This document shows positions 55,452 to 64,000 of a DNA stretch of 64,000 bases, piece after piece. Position 1 is the stretch's first letter, and each line of letters starts with the position of its first letter. The notes beneath the pieces are model-generated. The model ran no database searches. It had not been told where the DNA came from and worked only from the letters and a program-made list of their open reading frames with translations. A program made the translations under genes and the position numbers. The stretch is taken from assembly GCA_000431795.1 (NCBI GenBank), contig FR887368.1:90291-154290 (forward strand), written 5' to 3'. The stretch is from Clostridium sp. CAG:302 (GTDB lineage Bacteria > Bacillota_I > Bacilli_A > RF39 > UBA660).

Positions 55452-57890
55452 TTACTGTACTATCTTTTTATATCCATAATAGTCTCTAAGTACTGCTAAA
55501 TAATCAAGTTTATCTACTACACCATCTTTATTAACATCAGCAGCCTCTTTATATACTCCATCATATTTCTTATAACCATAATAGTGTCTAAGTATTGCTA
55601 AATAATCAAGTTTATCTATAACACCATCACCATTAACATCACCATATATAAGTACTTCATAATTCTTTTCTTCTTTGGAAGACTTAATATTAACTTTATC
55701 ACCAGTCTTAAATATTGAAGAATTATTACCATTATTATCTTTAATAGAAATAGATAAAGTATCACTAATCTTTTTAACATTATTAATTAAACTATCAGTA
55801 CCAGTATTTAAACTAATTCCATATATATAACTATTATTATATTTAATACCAGAATTATTAAGCGCAGTACCAATAGCTATATCACTTCTAGTAATATTTA
55901 TTGTATACTTACCAATATTAACAATATTCTTTCCTACTATTAAGTCTATTTCTTTAGTATTAATATCATTACCTATATAATATTTAATACTTAATTTACT
56001 ATTAGTAAAAGCAGTCTCAATATCATATTTTAAAGTATCTTTATTAAATACTAAATTAGTATTATCTATAACAATATTAGTAATAGTATTACTATCAGGT
56101 ATCTCAATATTTTCTTCTTTTTCTTTCTTATTAATAACCAAAACATAATTAGTTACATTACCATTTTCTGCAGTTACCTTAATACTTATTTTATTGTCAC
56201 CATTCTCTAATTTAATAGTACCAAGTCCATTAATACTTGCCTTATTATTAATTGATGTAGCCTCAATCTTAACACTGCTTACTCCAGTATCAGCTTCTAT
56301 ATTATAGTTAAGCTTATCATAAGCAAAGCCATCTACTTCTTTACCATTAATTTTAATAATCTTTAAATAACTATTAGGATTCTTATTAGAAGGTGTCTCT
56401 ACTTTAGTATTAGGCATATTTTTATATATCGGTATAATAAATACTAAAGATTCATCGAAAAGACCATTAATTCCACTATAACTATTATAAGTAGTAGAAG
56501 CCTCCGACAAAGGAGCAGTTAGGTTTTGCATATATTGATGTGTATAGTGGCCACTACTTCTTGAAACATCAAACTTTTCAAAATACAAAGTATTTTGTCC
56601 AATATTAATATAACCTTCACCTAAGAATTTAGCGCCACCAACAATAGACTTATAAGGACTATTCCAAGGTCTACCATAAGATGTTAAAGTACCATTTGCT
56701 CCACCCTTAGCCCATAATAATGCCACTGATGGATCATTACCAACAGCCTTTATATTATAAAAGTTAAATATGTTTTCATAACCCTTATAAGTACCAAGAC
56801 CTGTCGAAGAACCATTAACACCTTGTTCCTGTCTTATTCTACTTGCTAAATGAACAGGACTAACTCCATATGTACTCGCAGCATCCATAAAGGCATCTGT
56901 ATAAGGATTACTACTATATTTCTTATAAACATTTGGCATAAAAGTATTGCCAAGTACTTTATCTACAATATTACTGGTTTGAAAAGAAGACTCATAAGAT
57001 AAAGATTCAAAAGCAAATATACTTTTAGTATCTAAATAATTTCTTGGATCCATATAGTAAGCTACTGCTTCTGGCGAAGCATACCACCAATTAACCTCTT
57101 TATAATGTCTATAGTACTCATCAGTAGCATAATTATAACTATAAGATTCTTTGCTACGATAACCTTCACCATAACTATACCAAACTAAGTTTCTCCCTGC
57201 TACACTCTCATTTTCAATAACAGTATTCCAATCTAATCCAGTATTAAAAGCACGGAACTCCCAGTTGGGATACATAGCATGTAATTTCACTAAATCATCT
57301 AAATAACTTTCTGGAAATATCTTACTAAGTTCTTCACGATATTTCTTTAAATCATCAGTATTTAAATCTATACTGCTTGCATCTTTTTCAATATACTTAC
57401 CACAGACATATCCTTCTAAATTACCATATTTTATTTTATATAAACTAGTGGAACATATTTTTTTACCATCAGGGCCAGCATTTCTATCAAGTATTTTTAC
57501 CTTAGTACCACAGCTAAGTGCACCACCATTAATTTTATTTTTTCTATTTAAATCACTATACATTTGTAATGGTGAAGTATCTTCAATGCATATTACTTTG
57601 CCATCTTCTTCTACAGTTTTATTTAATTTTATATATTTTTTTGAGGCATATCCAGTTAAATCTTTATATTTTATTTGGTACCAATCACTTCCAGGATTTT
57701 CATTTAATATTTCTACAGTATCATTACAAGTAATACCACTTCCTATCAAATCACTACTTGTACTTGGTCCCTTTCTCATGTTAACAGGTTCTTCATCATC
57801 AGGACAATAAGCATATCCTGTAAGAGCATTAACACTAATACAAAAAGATAAAAATAATATAATTGTAAATAAAACTCTCTTCATATACAC
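55452..57890 (-). CDS. multidomain peptidoglycan hydrolase: two SH3b-like domains, glucosaminidase-like domain, two cadherin-like beta-sandwich domains, C-terminal dockerin
   Basis: Two SH3b-like repeats (MRKGPSTSSD..WYQIKY; LYKIKYGNLEGYV). YGVSPVHLASRIRQEQG. NSYLKIIKINGKEVDGFAYDKLNYNIE. GDVNGDGVIDKLDYLAILRHYYG plus ADVNKDGVVDKLDYLAVLRDYYG. Confidence 0.65.
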   Translation of the reverse strand: MYMKRVLFTIILFLSFCISVNALTGYAYCPDDEEPVNMRKGPSTSSDLIGSGITCNDTVEILNENPGSDWYQIKYKDLTGYASKKYIKLNKTVEEDGKVICIEDTSPLQMYSDLNRKNKINGGALSCGTKVKILDRNAGPDGKKICSTSLYKIKYGNLEGYVCGKYIEKDASSIDLNTDDLKKYREELSKIFPESYLDDLVKLHAMYPNWEFRAFNTGLDWNTVIENESVAGRNLVWYSYGEGYRSKESYSYNYATDEYYRHYKEVNWWYASPEAVAYYMDPRNYLDTKSIFAFESLSYESSFQTSNIVDKVLGNTFMPNVYKKYSSNPYTDAFMDAASTYGVSPVHLASRIRQEQGVNGSSTGLGTYKGYENIFNFYNIKAVGNDPSVALLWAKGGANGTLTSYGRPWNSPYKSIVGGAKFLGEGYINIGQNTLYFEKFDVSRSSGHYTHQYMQNLTAPLSEASTTYNSYSGINGLFDESLVFIIPIYKNMPNTKVETPSNKNPNSYLKIIKINGKEVDGFAYDKLNYNIEADTGVSSVKIEATSINNKASINGLGTIKLENGDNKISIKVTAENGNVTNYVLVINKKEKEENIEIPDSNTITNIVIDNTNLVFNKDTLKYDIETAFTNSKLSIKYYIGNDINTKEIDLIVGKNIVNIGKYTINITRSDIAIGTALNNSGIKYNNSYIYGISLNTGTDSLINNVKKISDTLSISIKDNNGNNSSIFKTGDKVNIKSSKEEKNYEVLIYGDVNGDGVIDKLDYLAILRHYYGYKKYDGVYKEAADVNKDGVVDKLDYLAVLRDYYGYKKIVQ

Positions 57891-58113
57891 TACCTCTTAT
57901 ACATTATAACATTTTTTTAGACATTTTTCTACATATTATAATTATTTTTTATTCCAAGTGTAAACCAAAATAAAAAGTGAGCTTTAAACTCACTTAAGTC
58001 ATAAGACTCCATTATAAGGAGACAATAGTATTACTATATTATTTTAATAATAGTCTGTGAATGGATACTAAGTAATACTATTTAATGTATCCATACATAT
58101 TATAACAAAAATA

Positions 58114-58920
58114 TTATTTATTATACTTAAGAGTATTGATAACAATACCAAGTACTAATATAAAACATAAAGCATAAATCCATATTAATAACACTGTTAT
58201 ACTAGATAGTCCTCCATATATAATATCATACTTACTAAAATACTTAATATAATATCCAAATATCAAAGTAAATAGTATCCATCCAATAGTGGTAATAAAT
58301 GCCCCAATAGTAGTATCACTACCCTTTACTTTAACTGATGGTGCTAGTACATATATTAATTTAACACTAAAGAATATCATTAAGAAAGTTAAAGGCCATC
58401 TAATAGCTCTATATATAAGCACCAAGTTATCAATAATATCTTTAAATAGATTATAATTTCTAAATAGTTCTAGTATCTTATCACCAAGTATTGGTACAAT
58501 AATTAAGAATAACAATATCCCAATAATAATACATAGTATCAATACAGATTTAAGTATATCTTTAACTGGCGAAGTCTTATCTATCTTATATAAATTATTC
58601 GAAGCATTAATAATTGAATAAGTACCCTTTATCGCTAAAAAGAAAGTAATAAGGTTTAAAAATCCAATAGATAAGTCATAATTCTTACCAGATATAACAT
58701 TAGTAATAGTGGTACTGACATACCCAGGAAGTACATCATTAACCAAATTAATTACTGTATCAATAGATATATTAAATCTACCAGCCACTATAACAATTAT
58801 TGTAAACAAAGGAATACTAGCCAGTACAAAACTATAGGCTAAATAAGCAGGTAAAATTCTAAGTTCTTTCAAACTTAGAATTTCAATTATCTTCTTAAAA
58901 TACTTTTTAATATTTTTCAT
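58114..58920 (-). CDS. YihY/BrkB family membrane protein
   Basis: 268 aa, 6 TM, PAYLAYSFVLASIPLF-type N-terminus. Confidence 0.65.
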   Translation of the reverse strand: MKNIKKYFKKIIEILSLKELRILPAYLAYSFVLASIPLFTIIVIVAGRFNISIDTVINLVNDVLPGYVSTTITNVISGKNYDLSIGFLNLITFFLAIKGTYSIINASNNLYKIDKTSPVKDILKSVLILCIIIGILLFLIIVPILGDKILELFRNYNLFKDIIDNLVLIYRAIRWPLTFLMIFFSVKLIYVLAPSVKVKGSDTTIGAFITTIGWILFTLIFGYYIKYFSKYDIIYGGLSSITVLLIWIYALCFILVLGIVINTLKYNK

Positions 58921-58929
58921 TTAAATCAC

Positions 58930-60957
58930 CTAATGATTTTCTTTTTTATTTCTCATATCAATTGTAGCCTCATTAATAGCGTCATCTACTGTCTTAACAT
59001 CATCCATTATCATACTATATCCAATAGTGGCTCCAAATCCATAAGGTAATTCTTTAAGTTCCTTATATATCTTTCTAGTATATGCTACAACATCTTTCTC
59101 ACTATATCCTACCATATATATTAAGAATTCTGTACCATCAGTTCTAATAATATCTGTATTAGCATCCTGATTAACTATAAGAATACTCGCAGCCTTCTTA
59201 ATAACAGTATCTCCTTCTTCATGACCTTTATTATCATTAATATATTTAATATTATTAAGGTCTACTACTACAAATCCCTGAGGATATATAACATTCTCAT
59301 CCCATTCTTTAATTTTACTATTTAAATAAGTTCTATTCTTCAAAGAAGTCATCGCATCAATATATCTTAACTTATCATTATTAGTAATAATAATATCATT
59401 TTTATTTTTCTTTTTCTTAATTATAAATACTAAGAAAATAGCTAAAAGAATAACAAATAAAGTAATAAGGAAAGTAATAAGTAGTGTATAATCATATAAC
59501 TTAGTACTAGTATTATAATTAAATCTAACTTCATCATAATTAACCGTAGATACATAATAACTAAACATATCTGCAAATAAAGTATTTTTATTAACATCTC
59601 TAATTACGAATTTATATTGATAAGGAAGTACTCCTCTATATAGTTCATTAAAATCATTAAGTTTTCTAGCCCTATAATATTCATAAGTATCTTTATCAAT
59701 TACTAATACAGTATCACTACTAACATTTCTAATTAAATCATCAGTATTATTATAAGCCTTATATTTAATACCACTCGCAGTAACTAAATCATTAATATAA
59801 CTATCTTTTAATATAGATACCTCTTTATCTCTAAGACTCTTAATAGAATTAACTACAAATTTATCTTTAGATAAAACAACATATTCTTCTTTAAATAATG
59901 AAGGAGTATATAAAGTATCAATATTCATACCATTAGTATTAAAGTTAGCAAAAGCAACATCTATAGTACCATTAGATAAATCTTTCTTTAATAGTTCAAT
60001 ACTATCATAAGCCTTAAGTTTAAAGTCCACTGCATATATATCTTCAAATCCACTTAAATAATTAGATAAAGTACCTACTAGTTCTTTCTCTTCAGTATCA
60101 GTATATGGCATATAAGTAATATAACCAACAGTATAAGAACTAGCATTATATCCCATTCTATCTGCTTCACTAATATTCTTATCTAAGAAATATTCATCTA
60201 AAAAGTGTTCTTTATAAGAATCAGTCTGCATAGTAGTACCAAATTCTTTATAAAATTTTTTCATAATATTTAAGAAAGTCTTATTTTCAATAGTAAGTAC
60301 ATACTTCTTAGCAATATCATTTAAATGATATACAATATTTAAATCATTCTCTAATATAAAATCTAAATTCATATTATAAGGTATCATTGCATATTCTACT
60401 TCTTTATTCTTAATTGAAGTTTCTATTTCTTCTAAACTATCTTTAGATACATAGATAACCTTTTTAGCATCACTCAAATAACTAGATACAAAACCAATAT
60501 CTGAAGATAATACTGCAATCTCAATACCATCAATATCAGTTATTCTATCAATATAAGCGTCATCTCTATTAGTAACCAAAACATAGCTATCTTCATAAAG
60601 TAAAATATCATTATCAGTAATTTCTGTATTACTATTTAATATTCTAAATGCTGTAGTCTTTAAATTAGAACTAGAACTACTAAGATAAGAAACTTTATTA
60701 AAATTAATTTTATATTTATCAGTAAAATCATTTAATAAATCAAATATAACTCCCTTACCTTTATTACCATAAACAGGAACATCATTATATACACTAACAT
60801 CAATAATATTACTAGTGTTATCACTTATCCATTTTTTCTCTAATATTGAAAAACTAGCATCATCTTTGCTATAGTTAAGTATAAATATACCAAATAATAC
60901 TACAAAAAATATTCCGATAACAATTAAAACTATTGTCTTATTATTTCTTTTCCTCAT
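58930..60957 (-). CDS. membrane receptor with extracytoplasmic solute-binding-like domains and a degenerate GGDEF domain
   Basis: TM - about 470 aa - TM - DAMTSLKNRTYL...VVVDLNNIKYINDNKGHEEGD...IIRTDGTEFLIYM. RTDGTEF occupies the place of RxGGDEF. Confidence 0.7.
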   Translation of the reverse strand: MRKRNNKTIVLIVIGIFFVVLFGIFILNYSKDDASFSILEKKWISDNTSNIIDVSVYNDVPVYGNKGKGVIFDLLNDFTDKYKINFNKVSYLSSSSSNLKTTAFRILNSNTEITDNDILLYEDSYVLVTNRDDAYIDRITDIDGIEIAVLSSDIGFVSSYLSDAKKVIYVSKDSLEEIETSIKNKEVEYAMIPYNMNLDFILENDLNIVYHLNDIAKKYVLTIENKTFLNIMKKFYKEFGTTMQTDSYKEHFLDEYFLDKNISEADRMGYNASSYTVGYITYMPYTDTEEKELVGTLSNYLSGFEDIYAVDFKLKAYDSIELLKKDLSNGTIDVAFANFNTNGMNIDTLYTPSLFKEEYVVLSKDKFVVNSIKSLRDKEVSILKDSYINDLVTASGIKYKAYNNTDDLIRNVSSDTVLVIDKDTYEYYRARKLNDFNELYRGVLPYQYKFVIRDVNKNTLFADMFSYYVSTVNYDEVRFNYNTSTKLYDYTLLITFLITLFVILLAIFLVFIIKKKKNKNDIIITNNDKLRYIDAMTSLKNRTYLNSKIKEWDENVIYPQGFVVVDLNNIKYINDNKGHEEGDTVIKKAASILIVNQDANTDIIRTDGTEFLIYMVGYSEKDVVAYTRKIYKELKELPYGFGATIGYSMIMDDVKTVDDAINEATIDMRNKKENH

Positions 60958-60967
60958 AATCTATCTC

Positions 60968-61441
60968 CTAATTATTTGTCCAAGTAATACTATCTAAACT
61001 ATGATGTTTATTACCAGTAACAACAGTATCCCCTTCTTCACCTTTCCATTTTAAGAAAAATGAGAAATCATAAAACTTAAGTTCATCTTCACTATAGTTA
61101 TCAAGAGTAGCACTAGCAATCTCTTTAGCCTTATCTTTTGAAGTATCACTCTTTAATGTAATAGTGGTATAAACTATCTTACCTTGTACTCTAGTACTTA
61201 CATCTTCAGTAAGTTCTGTATCAGTAACTTCCTTTTTAACACCTTCAAATGTTTCATTACTAATCTTAACTTTATCTATACCATCTAATCTATTACCATA
61301 CTTATCAGAAGAACCTCCAATTAACATTTGCAAAAATATAATTAATAATATTAATAATAATACTATTGTTAAAGCAATAATAATAGCCAATCCTTTATTT
61401 CTATTAGCCCAATTTTTAATCTTCTTAAAAAACTCTTTCAT
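60968..61441 (-). CDS. membrane-anchored protein of unknown function
   Basis: N-terminal TM plus about 115 aa of soluble domain. Its stop lies 10 nt before the next gene's start. Confidence 0.45.
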   Translation of the reverse strand: MKEFFKKIKNWANRNKGLAIIIALTIVLLLILLIIFLQMLIGGSSDKYGNRLDGIDKVKISNETFEGVKKEVTDTELTEDVSTRVQGKIVYTTITLKSDTSKDKAKEIASATLDNYSEDELKFYDFSFFLKWKGEEGDTVVTGNKHHSLDSITWTNN

Positions 61442-61518
61442 ACATATCTCCTTCTTATCTAATACAATATTATTATACTATATTGCTAAATATTTATCAA
61501 GAATTTTTATCTCATTAA

Positions 61519-61547
61519 TTTACATCTTAAAATATCCATGCTATAAT
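61519..61547 (+). promoter_or_regulatory. sigma-A promoter of mgtC-like gene
   Basis: TTTACA - 17 nt - TATAAT. The leader is short, so there is no room for an M-box. Confidence 0.6.
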
Positions 61548-61568
61548 ATTATTGATAGGAGAATAAAA

Positions 61569-62276
61569 ATGGATTATCATATTGAATTTTTACTAAAAAT
61601 ATTAGTTTGCTTTTTACTTAGTGCTTGTATTGGTGTTGAAAGGCAGTTTAGAGGAAGAAAGGCCGGACTTAGAACTGTTATATTAGTTAGTTTAGGTTCT
61701 TTCTTATTTGTAAACTTCTCTTTTGAGTTTCCTAAGAGTGATACTACTAGAATAGCGGCTCAAGTAGTTGCCGGTATTGGTTTTCTAGGAGCAGGAGTAA
61801 TTATAAAAGACTCCAAAAATGTTAAAGGACTAACCACTGCTGCTACGCTTTGGTGTAGTGCGGCTATTGGTATTCTTTGTGCGGCAAATCTTCTTTTTGA
61901 AGCCGCTACTGGTACACTATTCATTCTATTTACCAATATTGTTTTAAGAAGTCTCAATCGTCGAATTAATCTTTTAAGCGGTAAAGGAACTTATAATGTA
62001 TATCACTTTAGTATTACTTGTGATAAAAAAGACTTAGATAAATTACAAGAATTAACTAAAGAAGTAATTAAAGATAATGAAGGAAGAATAGATAGTACAG
62101 AAATAACTACTCTTGATAATAATGATAAAAAACTAAGTATCTATATACTAGATAATGCTTTAAATGATAAACTAACTAAAAATCTAATGAATGAATTATC
62201 TAGTAAGAAAGAAGTATTATCAATTAGTTTAAATAAAGAAAGTAAAAAATCTATATATGAAGATGAAGAACTATAA
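61569..62276 (+). CDS. mgtC: MgtC/SapB family protein
   Basis: CIGVERQFRGRKAGLRTVILVSLGS and a C-terminal ACT-like domain. Confidence 0.85.
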   Translation: MDYHIEFLLKILVCFLLSACIGVERQFRGRKAGLRTVILVSLGSFLFVNFSFEFPKSDTTRIAAQVVAGIGFLGAGVIIKDSKNVKGLTTAATLWCSAAIGILCAANLLFEAATGTLFILFTNIVLRSLNRRINLLSGKGTYNVYHFSITCDKKDLDKLQELTKEVIKDNEGRIDSTEITTLDNNDKKLSIYILDNALNDKLTKNLMNELSSKKEVLSISLNKESKKSIYEDEEL

Positions 62277-62297
62277 AAAGAGCCTAGGCTCTTTTTT
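62276..62297. terminator. bidirectional terminator between mgtC and sigE
   Basis: Palindrome AAAGAGCCTAGGCTCTTT flanked by A and T runs. Confidence 0.7.
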
Positions 62298-62976
62298 ATA
62301 ACTTAATAATACTAGATAATTTCTTAATAACTTTCTTTTCTATTCTTGAAATGTAAGACTGTGATATACCAAGCATATTAGCTACTTCCTTTTGAGTCAT
62401 TTCTTTCTTACCATTAAGACCATATCTAAGTTCAATAATTTCTTTATCTCTCTTACCTAATTTAGATACTTCTTTGTACATAAGTTTCTTATCAAGTTCA
62501 TCTTCAATAGGCTTAGTAACAATATTATCATCAGTACCAAGAACATCCTCTAAGTGAAGTTCATTACCTTCAGAATCAAAAGATAAAGAATCCTCAAAAG
62601 AGACTTCAGTTCTCTTTTTCTTCGTCTTTCTAAGATACATAAGTATTTCATTATCAATACATCTTGAAGCATAAGTAGCTAGTTTAATATTCTTATCATT
62701 TTGATAAGTGTTAACTCCTTTAATAAGACCTATAGTACCAATAGATACTAAGTCTTCTAAATCAATCTTCGTATTTTCATACTTCTTAGCTAAAAATACT
62801 ACTAATCTAAGATTATGTTCAATAAGTTTATCTCTTGCGGTCATATCACCATTTAAAAACATATTAACATATCTTTCTTCTTCTTCTTTACTTAAAGGTT
62901 CTGGTAATATATCAGTACTACCTACAAAAAACAAATAATTAAGTCTAGCAATAATTCTTTTAAGTAATTTTAACAT
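62296..62976 (-). CDS. sigE: sporulation sigma factor SigE precursor (pro-sigma-E)
   Basis: Pro-sequence then GSTDILPEPLSKEEEERYV...ARDKLIEHNLRLVVFLAKKY, parallel to B. subtilis pro-sigma-E. It lies immediately downstream of spoIIGA. Confidence 0.85.
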   Translation of the reverse strand: MLKLLKRIIARLNYLFFVGSTDILPEPLSKEEEERYVNMFLNGDMTARDKLIEHNLRLVVFLAKKYENTKIDLEDLVSIGTIGLIKGVNTYQNDKNIKLATYASRCIDNEILMYLRKTKKKRTEVSFEDSLSFDSEGNELHLEDVLGTDDNIVTKPIEDELDKKLMYKEVSKLGKRDKEIIELRYGLNGKKEMTQKEVANMLGISQSYISRIEKKVIKKLSSIIKL

Positions 62977-62980
62977 ATTA

Positions 62981-63721
62981 TCATCCTTTCATTATATCTT
63001 TATGTAGTATTACATCTACTCCATCACCAAAATTAAAACTATCAGAAAACCCAATTAGAACATTACCTTTATATCCTATACCATCAATAAAAATAATATC
63101 AGGTTTAATACATTTAAGTAGTCCATTACCATTTATTGTATGATATGGAACTAAAATATATTTATCTTCTTTAATATACTTATTAGGAACTATAATAACA
63201 GGTCTTTTTTTATATGGATCATATAAATTATTACCAGTATCAACAAATCCTATTAAAGATAATTTTTCTCTATCTTTAAAATATATGTCTACCTTATAAT
63301 AATTATTATAAATACTTCTCATTTTCTTATTTTCTTTTATATATAGAATCATAATCTCTATACTAATAACTATAATAATTAAATAAGTAAGAAACATACT
63401 ATTAGATACTTTAATATTAAACAAATATATAATACCTCCGAGTAAGGTACTAAGAATATACATATATAAAATATTATTAATTAAATATCTAATACCTTTA
63501 TATCCAAAAGAAATAAGTACCATAATAACAATACTAACAATTTCTATAACTATCTTATTAAGAGAAGTAAATAGTACTAGTGAAGATATACCTCCTATTA
63601 GAGAAGATAATATCATTCTAATATGATTAGTTCTTCTTTTAAGTAAAATATTCGTAGACATAATAATAATATAGTCCATAATAACATTAAATATAAAAAA
63701 TAAATCAATATACATTTTCAT
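62981..63721 (-). CDS. spoIIGA: sigma-E processing peptidase SpoIIGA
   Basis: Five N-terminal TM helices and a GFVDTGNNLYDP aspartic-protease motif. Confidence 0.85.
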   Translation of the reverse strand: MKMYIDLFFIFNVIMDYIIIMSTNILLKRRTNHIRMILSSLIGGISSLVLFTSLNKIVIEIVSIVIMVLISFGYKGIRYLINNILYMYILSTLLGGIIYLFNIKVSNSMFLTYLIIIVISIEIMILYIKENKKMRSIYNNYYKVDIYFKDREKLSLIGFVDTGNNLYDPYKKRPVIIVPNKYIKEDKYILVPYHTINGNGLLKCIKPDIIFIDGIGYKGNVLIGFSDSFNFGDGVDVILHKDIMKG

Positions 63722-63771
63722 ATATTAATTATAAAAAAAAGAACATAAATACTATGTCGATTTATATTCTA

Positions 63772-63990
63772 TTATTCAAATAATTTATTTTCGTCTCCAG
63801 CACAGTAGGCACCACCTACTTTTTCACCTTCAACATACTCTTTACCGGATATATTACATCCAACCTTAGTTATTGCATCTTGAAGATATCCTCCAAATAT
63901 TTTAACTGCTCCTATTGCAACAACAGTAATTAAAACTATTATAAGTACATATTCAACTAAAGTTTGACCTTTTCTGTTTAATTTTATCAT
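63772..63990 (-). CDS. Flp-family (type IVb) pilin-like protein
   Basis: MIKLNRKGQTLVEYVLIIVLITVVAIGAV matches the Flp motif G-x-x-x-x-E-Y followed by a hydrophobic helix. Confidence 0.6.
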   Translation of the reverse strand: MIKLNRKGQTLVEYVLIIVLITVVAIGAVKIFGGYLQDAITKVGCNISGKEYVEGEKVGGAYCAGDENKLFE

Positions 63991-64000
63991 TCTATATCCT

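Noticed and set aside
57960-58113. Hairpins between 57891 and 58113 (GTGAG..CTCAC, GACTCC..GGAGAC, ATGGATAC..GTATCCAT) as further members of the CCT..AGT loop family.
   Set aside because: Their loops do not carry the CC...GT signature. They look like ordinary terminator or spacer structure.

Overview
Very AT-rich chromosomal window from an endospore-forming Bacillota organism; cotE, yunB and spoIIGA-sigE are present, and I cannot place it more precisely from sequence alone. Almost all genes are on the minus strand. Housekeeping content: infC-rpmI-rplT behind an L20-leader-like attenuator, cobB, rseP, cdsA, a ParE/GyrB-type topoisomerase subunit, asnS, sufB, obg, topA, tRNA-Arg(CCT), a P-type ATPase, and an ApbE / NusG_II / Gx-transporter / FMN-binding cluster. 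The most unusual locus is a nine-gene F1-like ATPase operon (10047..16832). Its alpha, beta, gamma and epsilon homologues look catalytically competent. Its c-like subunit has no membrane carboxylate, no subunit a or delta is recognisable, and the gene order is non-canonical. With no terminator in between, it runs into the first of three tandem, strongly promoted TasA/CalY-like genes with SipW-class signal peptides (7661..9981). Three more members of the same signal class lie elsewhere (3921..5037, 21306..23309). Other points are listed below.
- A one-gene AlbA_2/Schlafen-like cassette is inserted at the rplT terminator with a 34-bp duplication.
- A candidate type I toxin-antitoxin locus lies upstream of the topoisomerase gene.
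- There is a family of clustered hairpins with variable stems and a conserved CCT..AGT loop, and two further intergenic repeat families.
- A decayed conjugative/adhesin region next to tRNA-Arg holds an orphan VirD4-like coupling protein, a 5'-truncated surface protein, a sortase, and a thioester-type adhesin lacking the Gln.
- A GGDEF-domain receptor has a degenerate motif, and a peptidoglycan hydrolase carries a dockerin.
No rRNA, CRISPR array, transposase or integrase was seen. All homology calls are by-eye motif recognition, not database searches.
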